A stretch of 64,000 bases of DNA from NCBI GenBank assembly GCA_047602185.1, contig JASGHY010000001.1, positions 3,915,166 through 3,979,165 of the forward strand, written 5' to 3'. The position numbers and the translations under genes were made by a program. The DNA is from Chitinophagaceae bacterium. GTDB lineage: Bacteria; Bacteroidota; Bacteroidia; Chitinophagales; Chitinophagaceae. Position 1 is the stretch's first letter. Each line of letters starts with the position of its first letter. Of the stretch, positions 19,767-29,963 are shown piece after piece. The notes beneath the pieces were generated by a model. That model made no database searches. It had not been told where the DNA came from and was given only the letters and a program-made list of their open reading frames with translations.

Positions 19767-21017
19767 TTATGCTACTGCCGGTTGAGCATCATCTGCTGCG
19801 GCAGCTTTTTCTTTCTCTTTACCTTTTTCCTTTCCTTCTGTTTTCTCTACGTTACGTGCCACACTCAGGATAATGCCGATTGAGAAACAGGTAAACAGGA
19901 ACGAGCTACCTCCCATACTTACCAGTGGTAAGGTTACACCTGTTACAGGGAAGAGGTTTACCGTTACTGCCATATTGATCAGCGCCTGTATCACCAGTGT
20001 AAAGCTCAACCCTAACGCAAGAAAAGCCCCGAATGCATAGGGACATTTCCTGAAGATCCTGATACTCCTGAAAAGAAATACCAGGTACACAAAAAGGATA
20101 AAGGCCCCTCCCACCAGGCCGTACTCTTCAATGATGATGGCAAAGATGAAATCAGAATAAGGGTGCGGCAGAAAGTTCCTCGTTTCACTGTTGCCGGGTC
20201 CTTTGCCCAGTAAACCACCTTTTGCTATAGCGATCTTAGCCTGGTTTACCTGGTAGTTATCATCCTTGTCACCGTCTTTATTATCGTAAATAAAGTTCTG
20301 CACCCTTTTGATCCACGTTGGCATCCTCGCTACTTCTACAAAGGAGGGCAGTTCCTTACTTTTTCCTTCTTCTTTATCATAATAGGCTACGGCAAACAAT
20401 ACCAGTATCATTACCGGTATAGCAGCCACGCCCATCGTCATCAGCAAATGTTTCGAACTTACACGTCCGATAAACATCAGCAACATACTGGTGGCCCCGA
20501 TCAGCAAAGCTGTTGACAGGTTGGCCGGGGCAATCAGTACACAAATGATAATTACCGGCAGCATTACCGGTAAAAATCCCTGTTTAAAATCTTTTATCAC
20601 ATCCTGCTTCTTGCTAAGCAGCCGGCTCAGGTACATGAACAAGGCCAGTTTTGCAAGGTCGGATGTCTGGAACGTCAGGTTAATGATCGGTAGTCGTATC
20701 CATCGGCTTCCCTCGTTCAATGTAACCCCAAAGAACAAGGTGTAAATGAGCAAAGGCACTGAAAGTAAAAAAAGTATCCTTGCCGCTTTTGAATACACCG
20801 TATAGTTTACCCTGTGCGAAAAATAGATCACCAGCAAACCAACGATCATGAATGCGATCTGCTTAAACAGGTACACTTCTGTATTGCCACGATTGTACTT
20901 ATACGCCAGTAAACCGGTAGAGCTATACACTACCAGCATCGATACCAGCGCCAGTATCAACACCACGGCCCAGATCACTCTGTCACCTTTCGTTCTGTTA
21001 AAAAAAATCTGATCCAT
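19767..21017 (-). CDS. ftsW: FtsW/RodA/SpoVE family peptidoglycan glycosyltransferase
   Basis: Polytopic SEDS-type sequence between murD and murG, with an extra K/E-rich C-terminal tail. Confidence 0.9.
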   Translation of the reverse strand: MDQIFFNRTKGDRVIWAVVLILALVSMLVVYSSTGLLAYKYNRGNTEVYLFKQIAFMIVGLLVIYFSHRVNYTVYSKAARILFLLSVPLLIYTLFFGVTLNEGSRWIRLPIINLTFQTSDLAKLALFMYLSRLLSKKQDVIKDFKQGFLPVMLPVIIICVLIAPANLSTALLIGATSMLLMFIGRVSSKHLLMTMGVAAIPVMILVLFAVAYYDKEEGKSKELPSFVEVARMPTWIKRVQNFIYDNKDGDKDDNYQVNQAKIAIAKGGLLGKGPGNSETRNFLPHPYSDFIFAIIIEEYGLVGGAFILFVYLVFLFRSIRIFRKCPYAFGAFLALGLSFTLVIQALINMAVTVNLFPVTGVTLPLVSMGGSSFLFTCFSIGIILSVARNVEKTEGKEKGKEKEKAAAADDAQPAVA

Positions 21018-21061
21018 ATCAGTTGGCAGTTTTCAGTTGTCAGTTTGCAGTTGGTCACTTC
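21018..21061. repeat. cagttgN heptamer array flanking the four-helix-bundle gene (left arm)
   Basis: cagttgg|cagtttt|cagttgt|cagtttg|cagttgg. Confidence 0.85.
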
Positions 21062-21436
21062 CTACGCAGCCGGCACGCCGTACTTATAGGGATTGACTAT
21101 CATATCCTGCAACAACTTTCCAACTTCTTCACTTTTATTTAAAAGGTCTTTATACTCTTCCTCTTTCACATAACCGCAGGCCAGACCAAAATCGAGCCAT
21201 GTTTGCGTTTCCGTATTCTCCATATCCGAATCTGTGATCTTCGCTACAAAATGCGCCGCGTATCTCCTTTTTCTATACCCCTCTGCTATGTTGGCACAAA
21301 CGGCACGGGAACTACGCACGATCTGATCCGTCAATGAATACTTTTCTTCTTTCGGAAAAGTCTTTACGATTTCAAAAATCTCCATAGCCAGTGCAAAAGC
21401 CCTCTTATACACTATCAAATCACGAAACGTACCCAT
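21062..21436 (-). CDS. Four-helix-bundle protein (23S rRNA intervening-sequence protein / Avd-like family, TIGR02436/PF05635)
   Basis: FRDLIVYKRAFALAMEIFEI...SLTDQIVRSSRAVCANIAEGYRKR... matches the family signature as I remember it. 124 aa. Confidence 0.8.
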   Translation of the reverse strand: MGTFRDLIVYKRAFALAMEIFEIVKTFPKEEKYSLTDQIVRSSRAVCANIAEGYRKRRYAAHFVAKITDSDMENTETQTWLDFGLACGYVKEEEYKDLLNKSEEVGKLLQDMIVNPYKYGVPAA

Positions 21437-21561
21437 GTAAAAGGTTTTTGTACGCTTCTAATCACTCAGCCATTAACTGCTAACTGCCAATTGCACACTG
21501 CCCACTCTGTATTCCGCTACTGTATTCAACTTACAACCTATAACTTATTACCTATAACCTC
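21437..21561. repeat. Heptamer array flanking the four-helix-bundle gene (right arm)
   Basis: tgctaac|tgccaat|tgcacac|tgcccac is the imperfect reverse complement of the left-arm units. It is followed by caaccta|taactta|ttaccta|taacctc. Confidence 0.8.
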
Positions 21562-22914
21562 TTAAAGTTCTCTCACTGCCTGCTTAAACTGATCACCACG
21601 GTCTTCGTAGTTCTTGAACAGGTCAAAGCTGGCGCATGCAGGGCTCAGCAATACCACATCTCCTTTATTGGCAAAATGAAATGCTGCTTTCACCGCTTCT
21701 TTTGCACTGGTAGTATTTACCATCAGGGGCACATCATTCTGGAAAGCTTCATGAATAGGTCTGTTATCAGTTCCCATACACACGATCGCTTTCACTTTCT
21801 CTTTCACCAGGTCGTGCAAAATGGAATAATCATTTCCTTTATCAACCCCACCCAGGATGAGGATCGTTGGTTTATCCATACTTTCCAGAGCATACCAGGT
21901 ACTGTTTACATTGGTAGCTTTACTGTCGTTAATAAAAGTAACGCCACGTACCGTAGATACAGGCTCCATACGGTGAGCCAGGCTCTCAAAACTCTCAATT
22001 GCTACCCGTATCTTTTCTTTCCTGATACCCACTGTAGCTGCTGCAATACCGGCTGCCATAGTATTGTATTGATTATGTTTCCCCTTCAGGGTAAAATCGT
22101 GAACGCTCATCTGCATTTTCTCATCGCCGTTTACGGTTACCGTCATCTGGTCGTTAACTGTAAAGGCTCCCCGGTTGAGTTCTTTGCTCATAGTAAATGG
22201 TAGTGGGTTAGAATTGATAGTATACTTTCCAATATATTTCATCGTTACAGGATCATCTTCACAGTAAATAAAGTAGTCCTGCGGCGTCTGGTTCATCACA
22301 ATGCGAAACTTACTGTCGATGTAATTTTCAAAATGGTAATCGTAACGATCCAGGTGGTCTTCAGTGATATTGGTGATAATGGCGATGTCAGGTCTGAATT
22401 CTTTGATGTCATCCAGTTGAAAGCTGCTGATCTCAGCTATATACCAGGGCTTCGGGTTTTCTGCTACCTGCCGGGCAAAGGAGTATCCTATATTGCCTAC
22501 CAGTGCACAATCCAGTTCGCCAGTTTTACAAATGTGGTACAACAGTGATGTTGTGGTGGTTTTACCGTTACTGCCGGTGATCCCTACAATTTTACTGTTG
22601 CCTTTATAGCGATAAGCAAATTCTATTTCACTGATAACCGGGATGCCTTTCTTACGGATCTTCTTTACCAGCTCATTCTTTTCCGGGATACCCGGGCTCT
22701 TCATCACTTCATCCGCATTCAGCACCAGTTCTTCAGTGTGCTTACCACCTTCATAGGGAATATTGTGTTCCTGTAGATCGTGGAGGTACTTGTCTTTAAT
22801 AGGTCCGCCGTCAGACACAAACACATCGTAACCTTTTTGCTTACCTAAAATGGCAGCACCAATCCCACTTTCACCAGCACCTAATATGACAAGACGTTTA
22901 CTCATGACCTGCAC
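21562..22914 (-). CDS. murD: UDP-N-acetylmuramoylalanine--D-glutamate ligase
   Basis: ILGAGESGIGAA and GSNGKTTTT motifs, dcw context. Confidence 0.95.
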   Translation of the reverse strand: MQVMSKRLVILGAGESGIGAAILGKQKGYDVFVSDGGPIKDKYLHDLQEHNIPYEGGKHTEELVLNADEVMKSPGIPEKNELVKKIRKKGIPVISEIEFAYRYKGNSKIVGITGSNGKTTTTSLLYHICKTGELDCALVGNIGYSFARQVAENPKPWYIAEISSFQLDDIKEFRPDIAIITNITEDHLDRYDYHFENYIDSKFRIVMNQTPQDYFIYCEDDPVTMKYIGKYTINSNPLPFTMSKELNRGAFTVNDQMTVTVNGDEKMQMSVHDFTLKGKHNQYNTMAAGIAAATVGIRKEKIRVAIESFESLAHRMEPVSTVRGVTFINDSKATNVNSTWYALESMDKPTILILGGVDKGNDYSILHDLVKEKVKAIVCMGTDNRPIHEAFQNDVPLMVNTTSAKEAVKAAFHFANKGDVVLLSPACASFDLFKNYEDRGDQFKQAVREL

Positions 22915-23089
22915 CTTTTTTTGATCTACATAGTCTTCTACCGGATTAAGGGGGTTTTTCGCTAGTTTGAACTTTTACTGCACCACAATCTCTTTCTTCA
23001 TGGTTTTTCCATGGATCGAATTCAAGAGGCGTGGTTTTTCAGCAACATTTTCATAGTTCCTTTTCCAAAGTACTTTCAACGGGTACCTG

Positions 23090-24370
23090 CTATCTTATTT
23101 TCAGGGTTACGATCGAAAACATGATACAGAGTATGGTTACAATCCAGAACCTTGTTACAATTTTAGCTTCGTGATAACCAAGCTTCTGGTAATGATGATG
23201 CAACGGACTCATTAAAAAGATCCTTCGCCCCTCTCCATATTTCTTCTTCGTGTATTTGAAATAACTGACCTGCAGGGTTACACTCAACACTTCTACCAGG
23301 AACACACCGCAGAATATAGGGATCAGTAATTCCTTGCGAACAATAACTGCCAGTGCTGCAATAATACCTCCCAGCGTTAAGCTGCCTGTATCGCCCATAA
23401 ATACCTGAGCGGGATAAGCATTGTACCACAGAAAACCAACACAGGCACCTATCATTGCACCAATAAAGATGGACAGTTCACCCAGGTTGGGGATGTACAT
23501 GATATTGAGGTATTCGGCAAACCGGAGGTTACCACTGGCATAGGCAAAGATGCCCAGACAGGCCCCGATGATCGCACTTACCCCTGTTGCCATGCCATCC
23601 AATCCATCCGTTATATTGGCCCCGTTGGATACTGCGGTGATAATGAAGATCACAATCACCATGTACAACAGCCACGTGAAGCCTCTTAATGCTACAGGCA
23701 ATAATTTTGAATAGTTGAACTCATGCGTTTTCACAAACGGGATGGTAGTTACCGGCGCATCGGCCACTACAAAATATTGATCTTTCCCATCCAGCTTCAC
23801 CACTTTCACACTGTCCTTGTTCTGCTGGGTTATTACACCGGTATATTCACGCCATGTTTTTGTATTGCTGTTGAACAGTACGGTAGCAGCCACCACAATA
23901 CCCAGTACAACCTGCCCCAATACTTTAAACCAACCTGCCAGTCCGTCCTTGTCACCTTTTTTATAAGGAATGCCCTGTTCTTTTGCCAAACGCTTTGCAC
24001 GCAGTTTCAGGTAATCATCCAGAAAACCTACAATACCCAGCCAGATGGTGGCAAAGATCATCAGGCGGATATATGCCTTATGCAGATCTGCCAGTAACAA
24101 GGTAGGCACCAGGATCGCCAGGATAATGATAAGGCCACCCATAGTAGGCGTTCCTTTTTTCTGCTGCTCACCTGCCAGGCCAAGATCTCTTACCGTTTCG
24201 CCTACCTGTTTTTTGCGCAGGTAGTTGATCAGCTTTTTACCAAACACGGCCGAAATCACCAGCGATAGAATTACCGCTATCAATACCCTTGAAGTAATGA
24301 ACTGAAACAGTGCACTACCGGGGTATTTTACTCCCATTTGTTTTAACCACTCCGTTAGTTGGTATAGCAT
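23090..24370 (-). CDS. mraY: Phospho-N-acetylmuramoyl-pentapeptide-transferase
   Basis: GTPTMGG, LDDYLK and NGANITDGLDG motifs. Confidence 0.95.
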   Translation of the reverse strand: MLYQLTEWLKQMGVKYPGSALFQFITSRVLIAVILSLVISAVFGKKLINYLRKKQVGETVRDLGLAGEQQKKGTPTMGGLIIILAILVPTLLLADLHKAYIRLMIFATIWLGIVGFLDDYLKLRAKRLAKEQGIPYKKGDKDGLAGWFKVLGQVVLGIVVAATVLFNSNTKTWREYTGVITQQNKDSVKVVKLDGKDQYFVVADAPVTTIPFVKTHEFNYSKLLPVALRGFTWLLYMVIVIFIITAVSNGANITDGLDGMATGVSAIIGACLGIFAYASGNLRFAEYLNIMYIPNLGELSIFIGAMIGACVGFLWYNAYPAQVFMGDTGSLTLGGIIAALAVIVRKELLIPIFCGVFLVEVLSVTLQVSYFKYTKKKYGEGRRIFLMSPLHHHYQKLGYHEAKIVTRFWIVTILCIMFSIVTLKIR

Positions 24371-24741
24371 ACCTGGTTATATTTGGATAAGAGGCCGAAA
24401 GAGTAAAAGAGATAAAGAGCCCTTTATTCTTTACACCACCACCTCAACGCCTTCTACTATTTTATTTGAATTTGAAAAATTGTCCCGTCCCTTTATAACC
24501 CGTCAACCTCTTTTGCATCTTCCCTCTTTAATGCTTTTAGCAAACTGAAAGCAAAGAGTGAATAAAGTTGCTGAACACACCCAGCTTTTTCCTTATTCTT
24601 TTTGCGGTTTGGTCTCTTTGATGCACTCTTTCACTTTATCACTCCTGCTTACTTCCAGCTATATGTAACCGTCCATATTACTCGATACTCATTGTGGCAC
24701 GTCCTATCTTCATCTATTCTTCAAACATCCTGCCTTATATT
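24371..24741. repeat. Repeat-filled 371-bp spacer inside the dcw cluster (aaagag family and its inverted complement)
   Basis: gaaagagtaaaagagataaagag near 24400 and ctctttgatgcactctttcactttatc near 24615 are imperfect inverted copies. Confidence 0.6.
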
Positions 24742-26208
24742 TTATCTCTCGTACAACTCTATCATTTCGCGCAATACTTCTTTATCGTCAAAATGATTCT
24801 TTACGCCTTTTATCTCCTGGTACTTTTCGTGCCCTTTTCCTGCTATCAGTATAATATCTTCCGGTTTTGCGAGGTTAACAGCCGTTTTAATTGCTTCTTT
24901 TCTGTCAACTATAGAGATATATTTCCTTCGCATCGCAGCATTCAGTCCTGTTTCCATATCACGTAAGATCTGTTCGGGATCTTCGCTGCGCGGATTATCA
25001 GAGGTAAAAATTACTTTGTCGCTGTGTTCACACGCTACCATGCCCATTACAGGACGTTTGGTAGTATCCCTGTCGCCCCCGCAACCCACCACGGTAATGA
25101 TCTGCTCGTGTCCGTGACGTACTTTTTTAACAGTTGCCAGTACATTCAGCAACGCATCGGGCGTATGTGCATAATCCACAATACCGATGATCTTTTCTTT
25201 GGGAGACACGATATAATCAAACCTGCCTTCAGCACCACTCAGCACGCTCAGGCAGCGTAATACTTCCTGTTTGTCTTCGCCCAGGCAAATCGCCGCACCA
25301 TATACAGCCAGCAGGTTGTAAGCATTGAACTCACCAATTAACCTGAAGTGCACTTCCTGGTCATTGATCAGCATTACCAGTCCTGTAAGACCATTTTCAA
25401 GGATCTTTCCTTTGAAGTCGGCCATGGTGCGCAGGCTATAGAAGTACTTTTTGGCACTTGTATTCTGCAGCATTACCGGCCCACGTTTGTCATCTGCATT
25501 GGAAATAGCAAATGCACCGGAAGGCAATGAGTCAAAGAACGATTTCTTTACCCGGATATATTCATCAAAGGTTTTGTGATAATCCAGGTGATCATGCGTG
25601 ATGTTGCTGAAAATACCACCGGCATATTGCAAGCCTGCAATCCTGTGCTGGTGTATAGCATGTGAGCTTGTTTCCATGAACACATGTGTACAGCCTGCAT
25701 CCACCATCTGTTTCAGCAAAGCATTGAGGTTAATGGGATCAGGGGTAGTATGCGTTGCCGGTACTACCACATTACCTATATGGTTGTCAACAGTGCTGAG
25801 CAAACCACATTTATAACCCAATGCTGAAAAGAGCTTGTATAATAAAGTAGCAATGGTTGTTTTGCCATTGGTACCTGTTACGCCTACCAGTTTAATTTTC
25901 TCAGAAGGGTGACCATAGAAATTGTGCGCTATAAAACCAGAGGCAGCATGACTATTGTCTACCTGTATATAAGTCACTCCGTCCTGCAACGTAGCGGGCA
26001 ATTGTTCAGCCACAATAGCTACAGCTCCCTGCTCTATTGCTTTGGCGATATACTGATGCCCGTCTGCATGCACACCTTTTACAGCAATGAACACAGTTCC
26101 CTTCTGCACCTGTCGCGAATCCGTTTGCAGATCATTCACCTCAACAGCCGTACTGCCGTGTGTTGCGCGGATCGCTACCTTATATAATATGTCCTGTAAA
26201 ATGGCCAC
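24742..26208 (-). CDS. murE: UDP-N-acetylmuramoyl-L-alanyl-D-glutamate--2,6-diaminopimelate ligase
   Basis: GVTGTNGKTT P-loop and TSDNPRSEDP motif. The GTG start overlaps the ftsI stop by 1 nt (TAGTG). Confidence 0.95.
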   Translation of the reverse strand: MAILQDILYKVAIRATHGSTAVEVNDLQTDSRQVQKGTVFIAVKGVHADGHQYIAKAIEQGAVAIVAEQLPATLQDGVTYIQVDNSHAASGFIAHNFYGHPSEKIKLVGVTGTNGKTTIATLLYKLFSALGYKCGLLSTVDNHIGNVVVPATHTTPDPINLNALLKQMVDAGCTHVFMETSSHAIHQHRIAGLQYAGGIFSNITHDHLDYHKTFDEYIRVKKSFFDSLPSGAFAISNADDKRGPVMLQNTSAKKYFYSLRTMADFKGKILENGLTGLVMLINDQEVHFRLIGEFNAYNLLAVYGAAICLGEDKQEVLRCLSVLSGAEGRFDYIVSPKEKIIGIVDYAHTPDALLNVLATVKKVRHGHEQIITVVGCGGDRDTTKRPVMGMVACEHSDKVIFTSDNPRSEDPEQILRDMETGLNAAMRRKYISIVDRKEAIKTAVNLAKPEDIILIAGKGHEKYQEIKGVKNHFDDKEVLREMIELYER

Positions 26209-28343
26209 TATGGATTCAATTCAATAATTACCGATTGTTTTTTCTCTATCACAGTTCCGGGAGCTATGCTTTGTGTTTTCACCTTTCCTCTCCCTCTTGT
26301 ATCCACTTTCACATTCATATTTTCCAGCAAGTACAAAGCATCTTTCAATCCCATTCCTCTTACATCAGGCATTGCTTTGACACCTACTGTCTGCTCGTTC
26401 AATACCGGTTTATAATTTACAGGGTATAATCTTGCCCAATCGCCTTTGCCGGAATCTGCATATTGCCATTGCAATACATCCAGCACCTGCTTCATATCAT
26501 CACGCGAACCGGCGAACAGATAACCACTGCTGTCTTTTTTCAAAGAAGGGCGCGTTACTACATTATCTTTCTCCACATGCGCCGCGTATAATTTATCTGC
26601 GATCTCTTTAAATACCGGACCTGCAATCTTTGCCCCGTAATACACAGTGGCAAAAGGCTTGTTCCTGATCACTACTATACAACTGTACTGCGGGTTCTCT
26701 GCAGGGAAGTACCCGGCAAAAGATGACTGATAAATATGATCTGCATATCCCCTGTTACCATCGGCTACCAGGGCTGTTCCTGTTTTGCCGGCTACCTTGT
26801 AAGGGGCACCTGCAAACAGTCCGTAACCGGTACCATTGGGCTCCTGGCACACTCCATTCAAACACTCTTTCAACAACTGCAATGTGCGTGAGCTGCAGAT
26901 ACTATCTATTGCCACATGTGGTTCATTCTGGCGGATCACCTGTCCATCCTCCTGGATAGTATTTACCAGGTATGGCTTCATCATCTTACCATCATTTGCC
27001 ACTGCGTTGTACAGCATCAGGGTCTGTAAAGGGCTCACCATCACTTCATATCCAAAACTCATCCAGGGAACAGAGGTAGCGCTCCATGTTCTTGACTTCG
27101 GTGTTTTTACCACCGGAGGTGTTTCGCCCAATACATCAATGCCTGTGTACTGATTAAAATGCAGCTTTTTCAGATGTTCAATGAACTGATTGGGATTTCT
27201 TGCATAATTGGCCATTGCCAGTTTTGCCATCCCCACGTTAGAACTCATTTTGAAGGCTTCTTTTACAGTTACCTCGTGTCCATGGTTCTCTGTATCAAAT
27301 ACCGTTCTGCCATTCACCTGCCATTGTCCACCTTCCAGGTCCACGTGCTGGTTGAGCGATATATACTTATCTTCCAGCAACGAAAGCATGGTAGCCAGTT
27401 TGAAAGTAGACCCCGGCTCTGTTGCCTGTATAGCATAATTAAGATCTTCACCGTAGCTGCCGTCATCTCTCCTGCGCAGGTTAGCAATAGCTTTTATCTT
27501 CCCTGTCTTCACTTCCATTACCAGGCAGGTTCCTTCGCGACACTCATTTTCCGTCATCACCTTCAGCAAAGCATTCTCTGCAATGTCCTGTATGTTTACA
27601 TCCAGCGTAGTGATAATGTCTTTTCCATTCTGTGGCTCTATCTCTGAACCATCTACCGGTACAAAAACACCTACTGCTATTTTGCGCATCAATCTTTTAC
27701 CACTTTCACCACGCAGCAGAGAGTCGTATGTTTTTTCGAGACCCACATTGGTATTGCGCATTTTACCGCCGCTATCTATATAGGCTCTCGATAAACCGAT
27801 GGTCCTGTTGGCCAGTAATCCGAATGGATTCAAACGCTTGTCTTTTACTTCGGCCACAAAACCACTTTTATCTTTTCCCTGGCGAACCAGTGGCAATGCA
27901 CGCAACTCTTTGTATTGCTGAAAAGAGATATTGCGTTTCAGCAAATAGTACCTGTCTTTTTTACGGTAACCAGCCTGCAACTTTCTTCTATAGTCTGCTG
28001 CCGTCTGGTCTTTGAAAAGATCTGCCAATCCTATTGAAAGAGAATCCAGGTTTTCTTTGAATCGCTTTCCATCCTTCTCACGTAATCCATCTGCCTGGAA
28101 GTCTATATAAATATCAAAGTATGGGATGGAGGTACTTAACATACTGCCATCTTCACTATAGATGGTACCACGCTGCGCATCTATCTCTACAAATCTCTGC
28201 TGCTGTTGCTGTGCCTGGCCAATCCAGTACGAACCCTGCACCTGCTGTATGTACACCGCTCTTCCCAGGATCAAAACGCTGAATACCACGATGCCGATAA
28301 AGGCCAGGTACACTCTCCACAATATGTCGCGTTTTACTTCCAA
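26208..28343 (-). CDS. ftsI: Penicillin-binding protein (FtsI/PBP3-type transpeptidase) with C-terminal PASTA-like domain
   Basis: N-terminal TM segment, then SxxK (GSTFKL), SxN (SSNVG) and KTG (GKTGTA). The C-terminal ~60 aa (MPDVRGMGLKDALYLLE...VIIEL) look PASTA-like. Confidence 0.9.
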   Translation of the reverse strand: MEVKRDILWRVYLAFIGIVVFSVLILGRAVYIQQVQGSYWIGQAQQQQQRFVEIDAQRGTIYSEDGSMLSTSIPYFDIYIDFQADGLREKDGKRFKENLDSLSIGLADLFKDQTAADYRRKLQAGYRKKDRYYLLKRNISFQQYKELRALPLVRQGKDKSGFVAEVKDKRLNPFGLLANRTIGLSRAYIDSGGKMRNTNVGLEKTYDSLLRGESGKRLMRKIAVGVFVPVDGSEIEPQNGKDIITTLDVNIQDIAENALLKVMTENECREGTCLVMEVKTGKIKAIANLRRRDDGSYGEDLNYAIQATEPGSTFKLATMLSLLEDKYISLNQHVDLEGGQWQVNGRTVFDTENHGHEVTVKEAFKMSSNVGMAKLAMANYARNPNQFIEHLKKLHFNQYTGIDVLGETPPVVKTPKSRTWSATSVPWMSFGYEVMVSPLQTLMLYNAVANDGKMMKPYLVNTIQEDGQVIRQNEPHVAIDSICSSRTLQLLKECLNGVCQEPNGTGYGLFAGAPYKVAGKTGTALVADGNRGYADHIYQSSFAGYFPAENPQYSCIVVIRNKPFATVYYGAKIAGPVFKEIADKLYAAHVEKDNVVTRPSLKKDSSGYLFAGSRDDMKQVLDVLQWQYADSGKGDWARLYPVNYKPVLNEQTVGVKAMPDVRGMGLKDALYLLENMNVKVDTRGRGKVKTQSIAPGTVIEKKQSVIIELNP

Positions 28344-28458
28344 GGATTTGTTTAAAGTTTAAAGCGCAAGGTTTAAAGCATAAAGTCTAAGGCACCCTAT
28401 TGCAAGATCAACTTCAATACTCAGTATTACTTACAACTTATAACCTATAACCTGCTAC
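28344..28458. repeat. Heptamer array (tttaaag / ataacct families)
   Basis: tttaaag|tttaaag|cgcaagg|tttaaag|cataaag ... acttata|acctata|acctgct. Confidence 0.8.
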
Positions 28459-28803
28459 TTACTTCACACTATCTGTTATTATTACCGGGGGAACCGTCAA
28501 CTCTTTCAACCCAAGCGGCTCTACCGCTTTTGCCAGCTCACTTTGTTTGCTGCGGAACATTACTTCACTCTTCAGCGTCTTATACTCATACTGCATTTCC
28601 TTCAGCTCTTTATTCGCTTTGTTGATACTGCGAATTGTTTTGTCGGCATAATGCCCATTGTAGATATATACTACTGCAAGCGCTGAAAGGAACATGAAGA
28701 AGGGAATGTTTTTCAATATCCACTGATACCCGAACACCTTTCGCCAGTGTTTGCGGGCCTCTTTCGCTTCCTTCTCTTCTTTTATCTTTTGTTCCTCTGT
28801 CAT
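28459..28803 (-). CDS. ftsL: FtsL-like cell division protein (single TM plus coiled coil)
   Basis: 114 aa with TM segment IPFFMFLSALAVVYIY, lying between rsmH and ftsI. Confidence 0.7.
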   Translation of the reverse strand: MTEEQKIKEEKEAKEARKHWRKVFGYQWILKNIPFFMFLSALAVVYIYNGHYADKTIRSINKANKELKEMQYEYKTLKSEVMFRSKQSELAKAVEPLGLKELTVPPVIITDSVK

Positions 28804-29051
28804 TGTGGCCTGATTAGAAATTAGCGGCTGAACAGTTTCTAACCATCCAACCGCTAATGAAAATTGCTTAATTTCTCAAGCAGCTCTCATATGGATAATG
28901 CGATTTTATCTCTATAGTAATAAGTTCGAAGTAAGAAATACGAAGTACGAACCCCTATCTCCTCTTGTCAACTTTTCAACCTGCCAACAGCTTTTCCACT
29001 AACACCTAAAACCTAATCCCTAACACCTGTTGACTCATCTGTACACCACCA
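28804..29051. repeat. Heptamer-type intergenic repeats (gtacgaa, ttgtcaac, ctaacac families)
   Basis: aagttcgaagtaagaaatacgaagtacgaa, then cttgtcaacttttcaacctgccaac, then ctaacacctaaaacctaatccctaacacc. Confidence 0.75.
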
Positions 29052-29960
29052 TTACACTTTCTCCGCAACCCGCAACTTCGCACTGCGCGAACGCGGATTC
29101 CTTCGCAATTCCTCTTCACCTGCAACGACCGGCTTTTTAGTGATTACTTTTAAAGGAGATTCAGGAGTGTTTCTGCCGAAAGGATCTTCTACTTCTTCCT
29201 CAAAGCTTCCTTTACGGAAAAAGTTTTTTACTACTCTGTCTTCCAATGAGTGGAATGTAATAATAGCAACACGACCTCTAGACTTCAGCAATTCGGGAAC
29301 CTGCTGCAACATTTCTTTCAACGCACCCAATTCATCATTCACTTCTATTCGCAGCGCCTGGAATACCTGGGCAAAGTATTTGTGAGGATTTCCCTTCACC
29401 ACAGAATGTATAGCACTTTTAAAATTGGCAATGGTTTGCAGTGAAACAGTTTGTCGCACCTGTACAATAACCCTCGCCAGGGTTTTCGCATTCGTTACTT
29501 CGCCATACTGCTCAAACAATTTGTGCAGCTGCTGTTCGGAATACGAATTCACCACTTTAAAAGCCGTCAACTCCTGCCGCTTATCCATCCGCATATCAAA
29601 ATCACCATCAAACCTTGTAGAAAAACCACGCTCTGCTTCATCAAACTGGTGACTACTTACACCCAGGTCGGCCATAATGCCATCTACCTGTGTTACCTTA
29701 TTCAGGCGCAGAAACCGTTGCAGGTAACGAAAGTTGTGCGGAATAAAAACTACACGTTCATCATCCGGCACATTGCGCTGCGCATCTGCATCCTGGTCAA
29801 AAACAAACAAGCGTCCATCTTCGCCCAGGTGTTTCAGCAATTCGCGGCTATGCCCGCCACCACCAAAAGTGCAATCGACATACACTCCGTTGCGGCGCAC
29901 ATTCAAACCTTCAATTACCTCGTTCAGCAAAACCGGCACATGATATACAGACTCACTCAT
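29052..29960 (-). CDS. rsmH: 16S rRNA (cytosine1402-N4)-methyltransferase
   Basis: SAM-binding motif YVDCTFGGGGHS, adjacent to mraZ. Confidence 0.95.
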   Translation of the reverse strand: MSESVYHVPVLLNEVIEGLNVRRNGVYVDCTFGGGGHSRELLKHLGEDGRLFVFDQDADAQRNVPDDERVVFIPHNFRYLQRFLRLNKVTQVDGIMADLGVSSHQFDEAERGFSTRFDGDFDMRMDKRQELTAFKVVNSYSEQQLHKLFEQYGEVTNAKTLARVIVQVRQTVSLQTIANFKSAIHSVVKGNPHKYFAQVFQALRIEVNDELGALKEMLQQVPELLKSRGRVAIITFHSLEDRVVKNFFRKGSFEEEVEDPFGRNTPESPLKVITKKPVVAGEEELRRNPRSRSAKLRVAEKV

Positions 29961-29963
29961 AGC

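Noticed and set aside
21062-21436. Diversity-generating retroelement, since the four-helix-bundle protein belongs to the Avd family
   Set aside because: No reverse transcriptase ORF and no template/variable repeat pair with A-specific mismatches are visible anywhere in the window.
24371-24741. Remnant of murF between murE and mraY
   Set aside because: The 371-bp spacer is far too short and is repetitive. Bacteroidota dcw clusters normally lack murF at this position. No Mur-ligase motif appears in any frame that I read.
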